This document shows, one piece after another, positions 51,301 through 62,500 of a DNA stretch of 64,000 nt. Location: contig NW_003314314.1 of NCBI RefSeq assembly GCF_000143415.4, positions 1,245,771 through 1,309,770 on the forward strand. Reading direction: 5' to 3'. The position numbers were made by a program, and so were the translations under genes. Origin of the DNA: Selaginella moellendorffii. Taxonomy: Eukaryota > Plantae > Lycopodiophyta. Every line of letters starts with the position of its first letter. Positions within the stretch are counted from its first letter, which is position 1. Under the pieces are notes generated by a model. That model was given only the letters and a program-made list of their open reading frames with translations. It did no database searches and had not been told where the DNA came from.

Positions 51301-54300
51301 ATTCCGTTTTCGTAAGCCAGTACAAACTAGTGAAGGGGTTGGAGTTGACTTCGGTTGGCTTAGATCTTAGTAGGTAGTTTGTATGATGCAGCCCGAAAGG
51401 GATGCTAACTTTTGGGGCTAAGGCAATTGAGCTGGATAGAGTCTGGAGTTAGTGTAGAAAAGTGGCCGTTGCACTTTTCTGGAAAGGTGACCCTTGTGCC
51501 TTTCTTTTATAGCGTTATGCTTAGTGGCAAGTTGCACTTTGCATTTCGTTAGACTCTATGAGAGTAGTGAGCTCTCACTGATCTTGACTTGGTCTTGGTG
51601 GCCCTGCACTTTGGCTGAGGATGGTGATGTTCAACTTAGTTGTTTGAGTTTGAGATGTTGGTACCCGTACTGTAGCTTTGTCTATGAGGAGGTTGTGTAC
51701 CGATATGAGTCCATCTTATGGTCTTCACTTTAGTTTCGACTAAGTGTTGATCATGCTTAGCTAGCCTCTTCAAGGCATGCTCAGAGCTGTTGGCTAAATG
51801 CATTGGTGAGTTTATCGCAGTTGAGTTGGATTCGAGTGGTTATTTAGTTCGTGCTTGTCCATGAACCTTTATCTCATATCTGGTGTATTACGTTCATGTT
51901 GGACAAGTGTATGACTCGATGACGTGAGTTTAGTGTTTGGGTCTTGTGAAGGCAAGTTGAATAGTGATTGTTGGTTGCTTTGCGACTAGTGATTGCTTGT
52001 AGACTTCGTCAAAGACCTCTGATACTTGCTTCACTCGATAAAGATTTATCAGTGATAGGCTTGCTTTACCGGATGGTGTTGCGGAGGATCGTGTCGTTAA
52101 ACTTACATGGGTTTTCCATGTTGGCATGTCGACTCTACCTCTGTTGATATCATTTGGTTGCATTTAGTTCATAGTGTTGGATTTCATGGAGTCTTGGACG
52201 TGGTGATTCACTCCTTGAGGAAGTGTTATCTGTAACTGAGTTTTGCTAAAGGATTGGTCTCGGATACTGAGTAAAGTATCTCCGACTTTGGTTAGCTTGG
52301 TTGCAAGAAAGTTTTGAGTGGTGATTCACTCTTGCTTTCTTTTAGCTTTGTTCTGATGTTGATGGCATTGAGGTGATGCCTTGTCATTGATATTATTGAT
52401 GTTGAGATTCAGGTGAGATGATATATCTATCCTTAGGATTGATATTGAGTTTCATTGCTCTCGATGAAGATAGTGTTGATAATTTGGCTATAGCTTTGTG
52501 TTATTAGCATTCGTGCATTTGCTAGTTAGCAACTGTGTTGACGTTCAAATGAACTGAGTGGCAAGTTTGAGTTAGTTGTGTTCTAGACGAGATTATTTAG
52601 TAGAGGGTTGAGCTTCGGCTTTTCCTTGAAAAGTGATTCAGTCATGGACTATGCTAGCTTTACGAGATGAAGAGTTAGTGATTGATATTAAAGATGTTGA
52701 TCCCTTGTTGGGTTTGCATTGGGATATAACAATCATTGATGATTCTTTTTGTGCTTGTTATGACGTGAGTTACGTCTTGCTATAGATGGATTCATGGAGG
52801 ATCGTTTGGTGATCACTTGTTGAGCATAGCTTCGTTATGCTAGCTTTTGGATTGATGCAAATATACTCTTCATTAGCTTTAGCATTATGAAGTTTAGCTT
52901 ATGGATGTGTTGAGGAGGATATTGTGGGTTGTACCATGATTTCTTCTTTAGCATTGAAGTTAGTTCATGTAAGACTTGTGATCATTATTAGACAAGACTT
53001 GGGTATAGACTTCTTCGAGCTTTTGGTTCTTTGAGTTTTATGCTCATTGTTCTATTTGTTAGAAGTTGTTAGGGAAGACATTTTGGCTTGTTAGCTTCGA
53101 TGAAGTTAGTATTTGCATCTAACAATCATTGGTGATGATTGACTATCATCTAGGGTAGTTGATTATCCTTATCACAAGTTTTGCTTGATTATTGTTGATA
53201 TAGAATGATTTGCCATTCTACGGGATGGTGGATTCTTTCTTTGACAATGATTATGCATCTCTTTATTAATGGGATGATTGACAATCTTTCATGATAGTTG
53301 GTTGTTCTCTTTGATGGCTTTTGGCTTTTCGCAATACCACATGTTCTTTGTGGTTTGCTCTGGATTGGTCTCTTGGGTTTAAGACATCAATAGGATGTTC
53401 CTGACACTTGCTTAGGCAACTTCAGTTCCTTAGTATTGTTGACCGGGATCTATTTAGATTGGCTTTTGCGATAATTGGCATGAACGAGTGTTTGTTGGTT
53501 TTACCATATTCATTCTGTTTTATTGATCATTGTTTGAGTTAGTTCTGATAGATTGGGATGTTATTACCTTTGGGTGATACATTCGCGAGCATTGTGCTTG
53601 TTAGTCAATGATACTTTGTGTTCTTTGAGTTATCTCTAGTAAGTTGTTCGCTTACTGTCTACTATCTTCGGTAGTTAAGTTTCATCATCGAGTTTCCTTG
53701 ATGATATACTTGCTATTGAATTTTGTTGGATAGTGCATTCTATGGTTTCCAATGATAGTGATCTTGGTGGTTACTACTAGTTTATCGGATGATAACTTGT
53801 TTGGAATACTTTTGTGTTCTACTCTAAGATATAATCACTGATAATTAAGCTTCTAAGATATCATTGTCTATGACTTTGATATTGTTCATCTATTGATCTT
53901 TGAGTTTGGGCCAGTAATAGGCAGACTGGCTTCGGCACTTCGTGTGCATGTTGAAATCTCTAGTCATGGGGTAGCTACTGTCGACTGGTCACATAACCCG
54001 CCTCTTTGTCGATGTTCCTTGTTCCGTTGAAAGGGCGTGACCGTGTAAACAACTCTAACTGCCTGTTTACAGTAGTCTATCTAAACCTTACCGACGGGTT
54101 TGGTTTCTTTGCTCAGGAGGGTTGGGGCCTCTGGCTTCTCTCTCTATGTCTCTGCGGGCAGGGCATATCACACTTTTGTAAGCTGGGTGACACCCAGAGC
54201 AGCAAGGGTGGCTAACTCCGTTGGTCATTTCCTTGTCGGCGACGGCCGGAAGGTGTCTGAGCTGGTAGCGCATCCGCGTTAGACAAAGAGGTTGCCCCCT

Positions 54301-55576
54301 AACTCATTTAAGTTGGTGCATTTCTCACATAGTGTGAGTACCGTGAACTTTTTCTGGAGTTGTTTCCTTGGCGGTATTCTAGACTCGAGTATGCATCGAC
54401 GAGGACGTCGATCTTCCCTAGGGGGGGAGAGTGTCGCGAATGTGACTTTGGGTATCGAAAGTTACCTGTCGACTAGTCCTTACGGACACTCTTACCTTAC
54501 TGCCACGATGGCAGGAGGTCGGTATTGCTGGACCCATTATCAGTTCCCCACTTGAGCTAGTTGAGAAACTGGTCAATGACCGTGTACTTAGATCGGATAA
54601 ACATAAGGTAGGAACCCTATGTGTTTCTTGCTGAGCATACTCGGCCTGGTTTGAGAAACTCCTGTCATTGGCTTGCACTTGCTAGTATCAAGAACCCCCG
54701 CGATATTGAGATTGGTCCCTCAATATCGCTAGATGATAGCTTACCGTGTCTGCCAAACACCCTCGCTATCATGCCCTTTGTGTTAGTCTCGTTTCGGTCC
54801 CAAATGCTATTTATGGAAAGTGTCCAGATTTGCTCATTTGGCATATCTACGGAATGTAGAGATCGTCTTGAACACAATGGTGTTCGTCCCGTGTCCAAAT
54901 TCGCAATCTAGGGACATTCCATATTTAGTAAGTTTCGAGCTTGTCCCAAAGACTAACTCCTGATACTAAGGGAGGCTTGGGGTGAAAGCCCAAAGCGTGT
55001 GTTCCTCAAGGGGGGGGGGCTGTGGGGGGTTCCAAATGTATAGTAGGGATAGTGGGTAGGTCGGGCATGGCCGACCAACCTGAGGCATAGTCTAGCTCCC
55101 GCTTGCGTGCCTGTCCTTGTTCTGCGTCCAGCTTGGGTCTAAGCCCAAGTTCCATTCCATGCTAGTTGGTGGAGTACCCATGTCCTCGCGTTAGGCCACC
55201 GGTATGCCAAAATAGCGCCAGACTCCGTTTGGCTCCGTTTTGCGTGCTGGTCCTGGCATTGGGATGCTGGTTACTCTAGGACTGTTCCAAGTCGCTCCGG
55301 GCCCCTGTCCCTTCGCTCCTTGGGCTTTACGCTTGGGAGTTGCTCCGTGGTTCGGTTCCGTCACTCCTTGGCTTCGTGCTTGGGAGTTTGGCACCGTTCC
55401 TTCGTTCAGTGGCCCAAGGCCCTGAACCTCGGGTTCCTATAGACACGTGGCATGGACACGTGGCATGTGACACATGGCATCTGTCACGTGGCACAAAGAG
55501 GGTTTAGGTTCCGCTTCGTGGTGTTATCCTATGGTAAATCACCATAGGATAAAGGGTCAAAACCACGTGCGCTACA
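48315..55576 (+). mobile_element. Intact non-autonomous LTR element (LARD-like, family A), copy 2
   Basis: LTRs 48315-49461 and 54432-55576 differ by about 4 substitutions plus a 2-nt poly-G indel. Exact CAGAC TSD, PBS TGGTATCAGAG, PPT AGGGGGGGAGAG. No internal ORF above ~90 aa. Confidence 0.95.
49327..49437 (+). promoter_or_regulatory. Four tandem G-box/ABRE-type motifs (CACGTGGC) plus a 12-bp hairpin at the U5 end of LTR-A
   Basis: GACACGTGGC at 49327, 49340 and 49354; GTCACGTGGC at 49368; TTATCCTATGGT-aaatc-ACCATAGGATAA at 49409-49437. Confidence 0.55.
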
Positions 55577-56654
55577 CAGACCCTGGGGGGTTTGGTGAGC
55601 TCCAAAAGAATAGTAGGGGGGAGGACTGCAGTGGAGCCAGTTTGGCCAGAAAAGGCCAGTTTGGCCTAGAAAGGCTGTACCCAGTGTTGGGTGATGAGCT
55701 GCCCACTGGGAAGTCCAAGACTAGAGTGAACACAGATTGACAAGTGGGGTAGCTTAGTGAAGTGTTCAAGAGCTAGCTCAAGTTCCCTCGGGAGATCAAT
55801 TGTCCGATGCTCCCAATCCAAGTGTGGGTGGCACTACCTACTTGGATACCAGGTTTGGCTTAACGGAACCTCGCTCTAAGCCCATGGCTAGAGCACCCAA
55901 AGGCGGAAGGCAGGGAGAGTACCCATGAGGCTTGCGTAAGGCCACGGTGTTCCAAAGTGTTGTCCTAAAGACCCAGACTGTGGAAAGGAAGAGGAGTAGT
56001 CCTCTGGTGTAGTGACCAAGGATACAGTTGTGTGGTGAGGAAGTCCCAGAGGACCGTGGGACTTAGTGGTCAGGTCTATGGGCCTTGATCCAGTGGTAGT
56101 GTTGGCGAACACAGCTAAGGACAGAAAAGGACTTGGTGAGGACCATAAAGAAGATATTGGGGAAGGCTATTCCCCATGTTTACGAGCATCCTAAGGATGC
56201 TAAGGAGTGGATCTGGGATGACCACTCATGGATAGATGGCCCAGTCTTAGAGAGATGGGATTGCAATGCAGGTGGTGTTGGACCACCGATGTGACCAAGG
56301 TGATTGGGCATGGCTTAGCGTAACGGGCTGGTATGTTAGTGGTGCCTTGGGGTGTCAGTCATGGGACCGAACACGTGGAGCACTTGGACCAAGTGCAAAG
56401 GTTTAGTGGCATAGATGCCATCCTCGGGCTAGCAAGCCCCAAGTCCTGAGTGGGACTTATGGAGGTTGTGAATGAGACTCCTCCAAGTGGCCGGAGGTGC
56501 GGTTAAGTGACTAAAGTAGAATGGAAAAAATTAATCACTTACACCCTACTCTACACCTAAGGGATGAGTTGAGTAAGTTAAAGCAGACTGGAACCATTCA
56601 AGAGTATGAGAATGCATTTATGGCAAAAAGGATACTTATCACGGATATATATAG

Positions 56655-57850
56655 ACCCCCCCCCCCCCCTTCCCCTTGAGGCACGCTTTGGGTTTTCACC
56701 CTAAGCCTCCCTTAGTACTAGGAGTTAGTCTCTGGGACAAGCTCAAAATTTACTAAATATGCAATATCCATAGATTGCAAATTTGGACATGGGATAAACA
56801 CCATTGTGTTCAAGACAATCTCTACATTCCGTAGATATGCTAAATGAGCAAATTTAGACACTTTCCATAAATAGTATTTGGGACCGAAATAAGACTAACA
56901 CAAAGGGCATGATAGTAAGGGTGTGTGGCAAATATGGTAAGGTATCATTTAGCAAATATTGAGGGACCAATTTCAATATCACGAGGGTTCCCAACATTAG
57001 CAAGTGCAAGTCCCAACATTGAAATTAAAGTGCAACACTAGCAACTGCAAGTCAACATCATGAGTTTCTCATCACCGTGTCAAGTATGCTTGACTAAATA
57101 GCAACTTAGGATTTCCTTCTTTAGTGCCCTTCTGGTATAAGTGCACATGTGATGACCAGTTTCTCAACTAGCTTAGGTGGAGCTTAGTCCCTCAATATAA
57201 ATATATGATAGTTTACCATATCCATAAGATATAAATTGGAGTTTTTGATCTTTTAACAATTGTAGATCATGAAATTAGAGTTTTGATCTAGATCATAGTA
57301 GTAAAGTAAATACTTATATAATCTTAAAATTTAAAACACTATTAATTTAAAAATAATATATTTATATTTAAAATTCCAGATATTCTTAATATTATATATA
57401 ACTCTAATAAATTTTAGATTAATTACTGACTCTACAAATCATTGATCTAAAATAATTAAAAGATAAAAATTTATAATCAATGCTACTGTAGCACATGTGG
57501 TTTTCAACCATTACCCTATGGTTGTTTACTGCAATACCAACCTTTTGCTGTTATGGCAATAAGGAAAAAATATCCAAAAGGACTAGCTAACAAGTAATTT
57601 TTGATACTTGCAATCACATTCATAACAACTATTGTGTCATATCCTATATATTAGCCTCGTTTCAGTCCACATACTATTTATAGTATGTATCTAGATTTGT
57701 CAGTGAGGCATATCTACAGAATATAAAGTGTCATAAATATCATGGTATTGTTCTTACATCCAGATTTGTGATCTAGAACTATTCTATATTTAGTAAGTTT
57801 TGTGTCATAGAGACTAACTCTTGGGAATGAGGTGAAAGTTCAAAGTGCCA
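56655..57850. mobile_element. Decayed LTR-A fragments
   Basis: 56655-57180 matches 2560-3030; further fragments occur in both orientations up to ~57850. Confidence 0.65.
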
Positions 57851-58236
57851 AAACATGCACCATTTTCTAAGAATGTTGTATACATATTCATTTATTGATA
57901 GAGTAAATGATAAAATGACAAAATAGAACCGCACTAATGACACTGAAACCTTTAGATGAGAAAATTATGAAAGGAAACTCCTACTAGATATGTTATAAAT
58001 GAGGTTGAGGCTGAGTCAAAACAGGAAGAGCTTGGGAAAAAGGCTACATTATACATACAGCTCAAGATACTAAGATTCAGAATTTGCAAAAGAAATTTTA
58101 CAAATCAAAACAAAGAGAATAAAAAGAGGAAGAAAAAAGTTGAGGTAGTTAAAGCAATTAAACCTAAACAACTAGAGTCCTCGGTTCTTATGTTGCTTTG
58201 TAGTGTGGAAATCTTTTTCACTTCACATAGAACTCT

Positions 58237-58602
58237 TGTAAGCAACCAAAAGGAACGACACGAGAGACGATCCATAGGGTTTAGATAGTATTGGGCTGGG
58301 TGACCTCCTAGGAAGTCCAAATTCAGGAGCTTACATTTGGTATTAAAGAGGTCTCGGGTTCGACTTTGTTGGTTGGCTAGGGGAATCACACCATATGTTG
58401 ATTGACATTTAGCTGGTCCAGTTTGCTCCCGCTAGGCTCGGGAGAGTTGCAACTCTCAGCTTTCATTCACGAATGCGTAAACTTGTAGGGAAATGTAGTG
58501 GATTGTAAACAACTAAAAAGAACGACTCGAGAAACAATCCATAGGGTTTGAATAAAACTATGTTGGGTGACCTCCTAAGAAGTCTAAATTCAGGAGCTTA
58601 CA
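58237..58602 (+). mobile_element. Mini-Cassandra (366 bp) with 99-bp LTRs
   Basis: LTRs 58237-58335 and 58504-58602; PBS TGGTATTAAAG; interior homologous to 46849-47053; TSD degenerate (ACTCT/ATTCC). Confidence 0.85.
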
Positions 58603-58719
58603 ATTCCCTCACTTGATGTCTTTGTTGCTTTCTTTTGCTTGCATTGAGGATAGCTTCAACTTGTGTAGCTCTTTCCCTTGAATAACCTTAGGTAAAAGTT
58701 TTACTTGATCCTTGTGAAG

Positions 58720-58850
58720 AGGATCCCCTTGAGTAAGTTCATGTGGAACACAGGGTGCATCTTCCCCATTTACTAAGGAAGTTGGAGGTGATAAGCCACC
58801 TTACCAATTCGTGCTCAATCTTGTAAGGCCCCATGAACTTGCTTAAGGAA
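58720..58850 (-). pseudogene. Gypsy integrase GPY/F tail remnant
   Basis: SKFMGPYKI..IGKVAYHLQLP..KMHPVFHMNLLK. Confidence 0.7.
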
Positions 58851-59533
58851 TTCAAGATCAATTCATTTCCAGAAATACATGCATTTTACGTTAGGGTCAA
58901 CTTTCGGCTGATTCCACTTGGTAGCCTTAAGTTCTTGGTGTTTAGCCACACCTTATCCCTAAGTTGGAACTCTACATCTTAGTGCTTAAGCTCTATTTCG
59001 TTAAAGTGGGATTTATTCAGTAAAATGGGACTAGGTACAAATTTTCAAGTATTTGAAAATGACGTGAAATTATATGTTTTTTGTCCAGGGGCTAGACATA
59101 TCTGGGGCATGGTGACTAGCGCGGTGACTTTATGTCTAGACTGAGTCCATCTGGTTGTATAATAAATCTCATTGTCAAGGTGAACAAGTCGAATCTGAAG
59201 CTAAAGAAGAGCGATGGCATGCGCGCACACACTATTTGTTTGTTCATTGAGTGTGTGGTGAGCTTTCCAAGATGAACGTCATTCCTATTAGCCAGACATA
59301 TCACTTAATGGTGAGAACATTTAGATATTATTCAATGTTATCTTTTTCTAACGAATCTAATTGTGAAGGTGTAGCAAGAGGCATTGCTAGTCTGGAGAAG
59401 TCATTTAACTCATTTGACCACCCTTAGTGTATTTTCATGAAACTAAATAACATTCATATTATTAAGGAATTTCTCTAGTACCTTTTTTTTACGACATAGA
59501 GGCTTGCATTTCTTTCAAAGGTGATTTAGTAAA

Positions 59534-62500
59534 AGGCCTGAGGGCACATGCCATTCTATTTCTCAGACCGGTATTAAGATATACTAGTGCAAAGGGAAAA
59601 AGGTATTTGGTGATCAAGTAAATGGCATGAGGGCACACGCCATTATAAGCCTAAGCGCTAGTGGACACCTCCTTTTTGGTACTCTCAGCAGTACTATCAT
59701 CCTTCTCCGGGTCAGTTGTTTTGCTTTGGATTGTTGTCTCTGACGTTACTGGGGCGTTCTCGATAGTTGTTAATATTGCCGTTTGTTCAGAAAAATGATC
59801 ACCTGGAGTATAGTACGGGGAGTTTGGAAGACTTATATATTCTACATCTTCACCTATCTCCTTCTCCGTCTCCTTTTCTGCCTCACTTACAGATTTTGTG
59901 CTTGCCATGAGAACGCTCTTCACCCTAAAATATGGAGTTCGTTGTGTTATAAAAGGAAACCAACACACACGCTGCAAGGGAATGATGGTACATAAAGTAC
60001 GTAAGCCCACAATATGGGTTTATGTGCCATTAATATGGGCCACACGCCATATTATTAGATTTATGCACGTGTGATTGGTAAATGCATATGTCACATCATC
60101 TTTGTTTTACCTCACACACTATATCAGGCCTCCTCTGATTCAGATTTGGATTGTTCACTTTGAAATAAAATACATTAGAAACTTAGTAAAGGAATATTAA
60201 TGAATCTCACCTTGAACCCGGGTTATGAATGCTCTTGCTGCATCTCTTGCATGGTCTGGCAAGGTGATGGTGGCACTCTGCTTCCGCATCCAACCATGCA
60301 CAACATTATCCACCGATATGCTCATGCTGGGATCCCTTGGATTCAGCACCCATCTCTTTTCTAGGCAATCCTTCGTATATCCGGAACTTGGCTTGAACCA
60401 CTCCACAGTTACATTGAAGGAGTTAGTTTCCGCGTCCTCCTCTGCATCAGTGATGCAGCGCCCCACCCATATCATTTGTTTTTTATTACTGGGTCTGACA
60501 AGCACGACCATTCCTTTGCAGACCTGTACTGGATTGAATGCTGAATCCGGCTTCTTGTTCCTCGGCCCACAATAGTGATCCTCAACATCGTTATTTGTCA
60601 CTGCATTTCCAGACGACATTGTTCCGCTACTATCTGGTGCTCTGGGTTCTGGCCAAAAGGACTCTTCCAATTCTTCATATACAACCGGCCCATTTTGGAT
60701 AGCAGATATAATCTTCTCCCAGTATTCGAGCAAAGGCTTGCACCTCTGAAAATAGGATTCTCCACCAAACACCAACCCCCTCTTCCAGAAGGCAATATGC
60801 TGTCTAATCCCGGCCACTATACTTTCCTGGTCTTTGAGTCCATCCGGGTGCATCGGCCGTGGGGAACCCTAAGGAATCATAGGTTCCCCAGTTATGGGAT
60901 CTCTCTTGAAGAGTTCAATGCCGTCCACTGGTAGCCACACTGTGTCCCATTCTCTCATCTTGTACCTCATCACTGGAGCACCGTCACACATGCTGAAATG
61001 AAACTGAAGAGGCTTGGAGTGGCCAATCAGCGTTTCGGATCCGTCCCTGATGTAGCCTCTTACAAACCCCTTAAAGTCTGGAACCTCTGTCAGAAGTGCA
61101 GCTTCAACAGTGCCTTTGATGCAATTTTGGAATTCATCGTAGAGTTGTGGGAGGGTGAGGACATTGGATCGCCGGAGGGACTCTGCCAGGTGACTGAACA
61201 TGGCATCGACGTCTTCATGAGTGTGCCCAACCATGAGAAAGCCAAGTGTAACCGTTTCAAATATGCCTTTGGCAACAAGCATCGCCAAGTACGCGAAGAC
61301 GTACATGTTTTTGTTCTCACTGCCAGCATTGTCTGTTTGGAGCAGAAGATAGGGTGGAAGGCCACATTGGCCGCAAGAACTTCCTTGAGATTCTGCTTCG
61401 TTTGGATGAGGCTGTGCATTCACCGAGTGACCAGCCTCGTCGGAATGGCATGAGGCCTCACGTGATAACCCTACAATCTGACGGCCAACATATTCACTGG
61501 GATGGCATGGGGCCCCACGCGATACTGCAAGCCTTTGCTCCTCCTCCAGCTGAACCCTGTATGGGGTTCGATCGACAAGGGCCTTATGCAAGGGTTGGCC
61601 GTTCAGCTCAGTCTACGCACTTTGCAGAGACCTTAAGTGTTTTACTAGGGACGCAATCATCATGTTTGCACCCCCGCCACCCCATAGAGGTACAAAGAAG
61701 TTCCCATAGTTCTGGGCACCATGCCCATGAGCGATTATGCCAAACAGAGACACAGGCAGCTGCATGGATGAAGAGATTGCCTTGGGGGCAAGATTGAGTC
61801 GAGGTAAGCACGTCTTTTTCTGGTCCATTTTGTCGTGGATGATGCAGAGGTAAGAGTCAGGTCTCTCTATGGAGAGAATCCTGTTATGATAATATGCAGT
61901 CCTGCAGCTTCTCTGCTCGATGTTGTGGTCGAGCCGCCTTCTAACCAACGTCTCTCGCTCTTGAGCGCTGCAAGAATTCTTCGACAAAGCCATTTTGATA
62001 GCAGTGCACTCCTCACACTTTGAAAAGCTGGAGTACTTTCCTATACTCACATCCCTGAACCTGTTGCTCCACAATCTACTAAATCTAGATTGGCTCAGCT
62101 TCCTGTAGCCATTACTCTGGAGTTCCCGATTCACATCTTCCAATATGGCCCCCTTGGTATACATGGAAGGGAGAACTCGTTGGGTGTCTCGTGTTCCATC
62201 TTCCAAGAGGTAGGTTTTATGTGGTTGCTGCTCGCTACATGTCTCGACAAACCTCTTGAAGATTGCCTCTCCATATACAACATGACCCCTAGTTTTGTGC
62301 GTACCGTCGTTCCCATGGACTACCTGTTGAACCCTTTGTTCCTCGAACTCAGTTTTGATTCTGTAGAATGTGGTTCAAGGGACTCCATAAATGATTCTCC
62401 ATGCCTTCATGCAGACCAAACCCCTCTGGAAGACCATGCCCCCCACCTGATGTTCTGAAGCATCAACAGATGATCGTAATGCCTCATACACAAAATTGCG

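Larger units (their letters stand above)
47599..56543 (+). mobile_element. Solo LTR-B inserted in family D gag and split by LARD-A copy 2
   Basis: TGTGAGACAC...CACTTACA termini with an exact CCCTA TSD (47594-47598 / 56544-56548). Confidence 0.92.
45425..56650 (+). mobile_element. Family D element: 5' LTR 45425-46307, PBS 46311-46322, decayed gag (46367-47598 and 56544-56650) with nested insertions
   Basis: LTR matches 11745-12893; TGGTATCAGAGC; gag PKPPPVFKG..EDWFYDMEDYL..AKSWW and LRDELSKLKQTGTIQEY. Confidence 0.82.

Noticed and set aside
54250-54310. tRNA-like GAGCTGGTAGCGCA stretch
   Set aside because: No T-arm (GTTCRA) or cloverleaf.
60869-62377. Programmed read-through or U-to-C editing of the three in-frame stops
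   Set aside because: Nuclear TE context. CG/CHG deamination explains all three, and the same signature occurs in a neighbouring gag.
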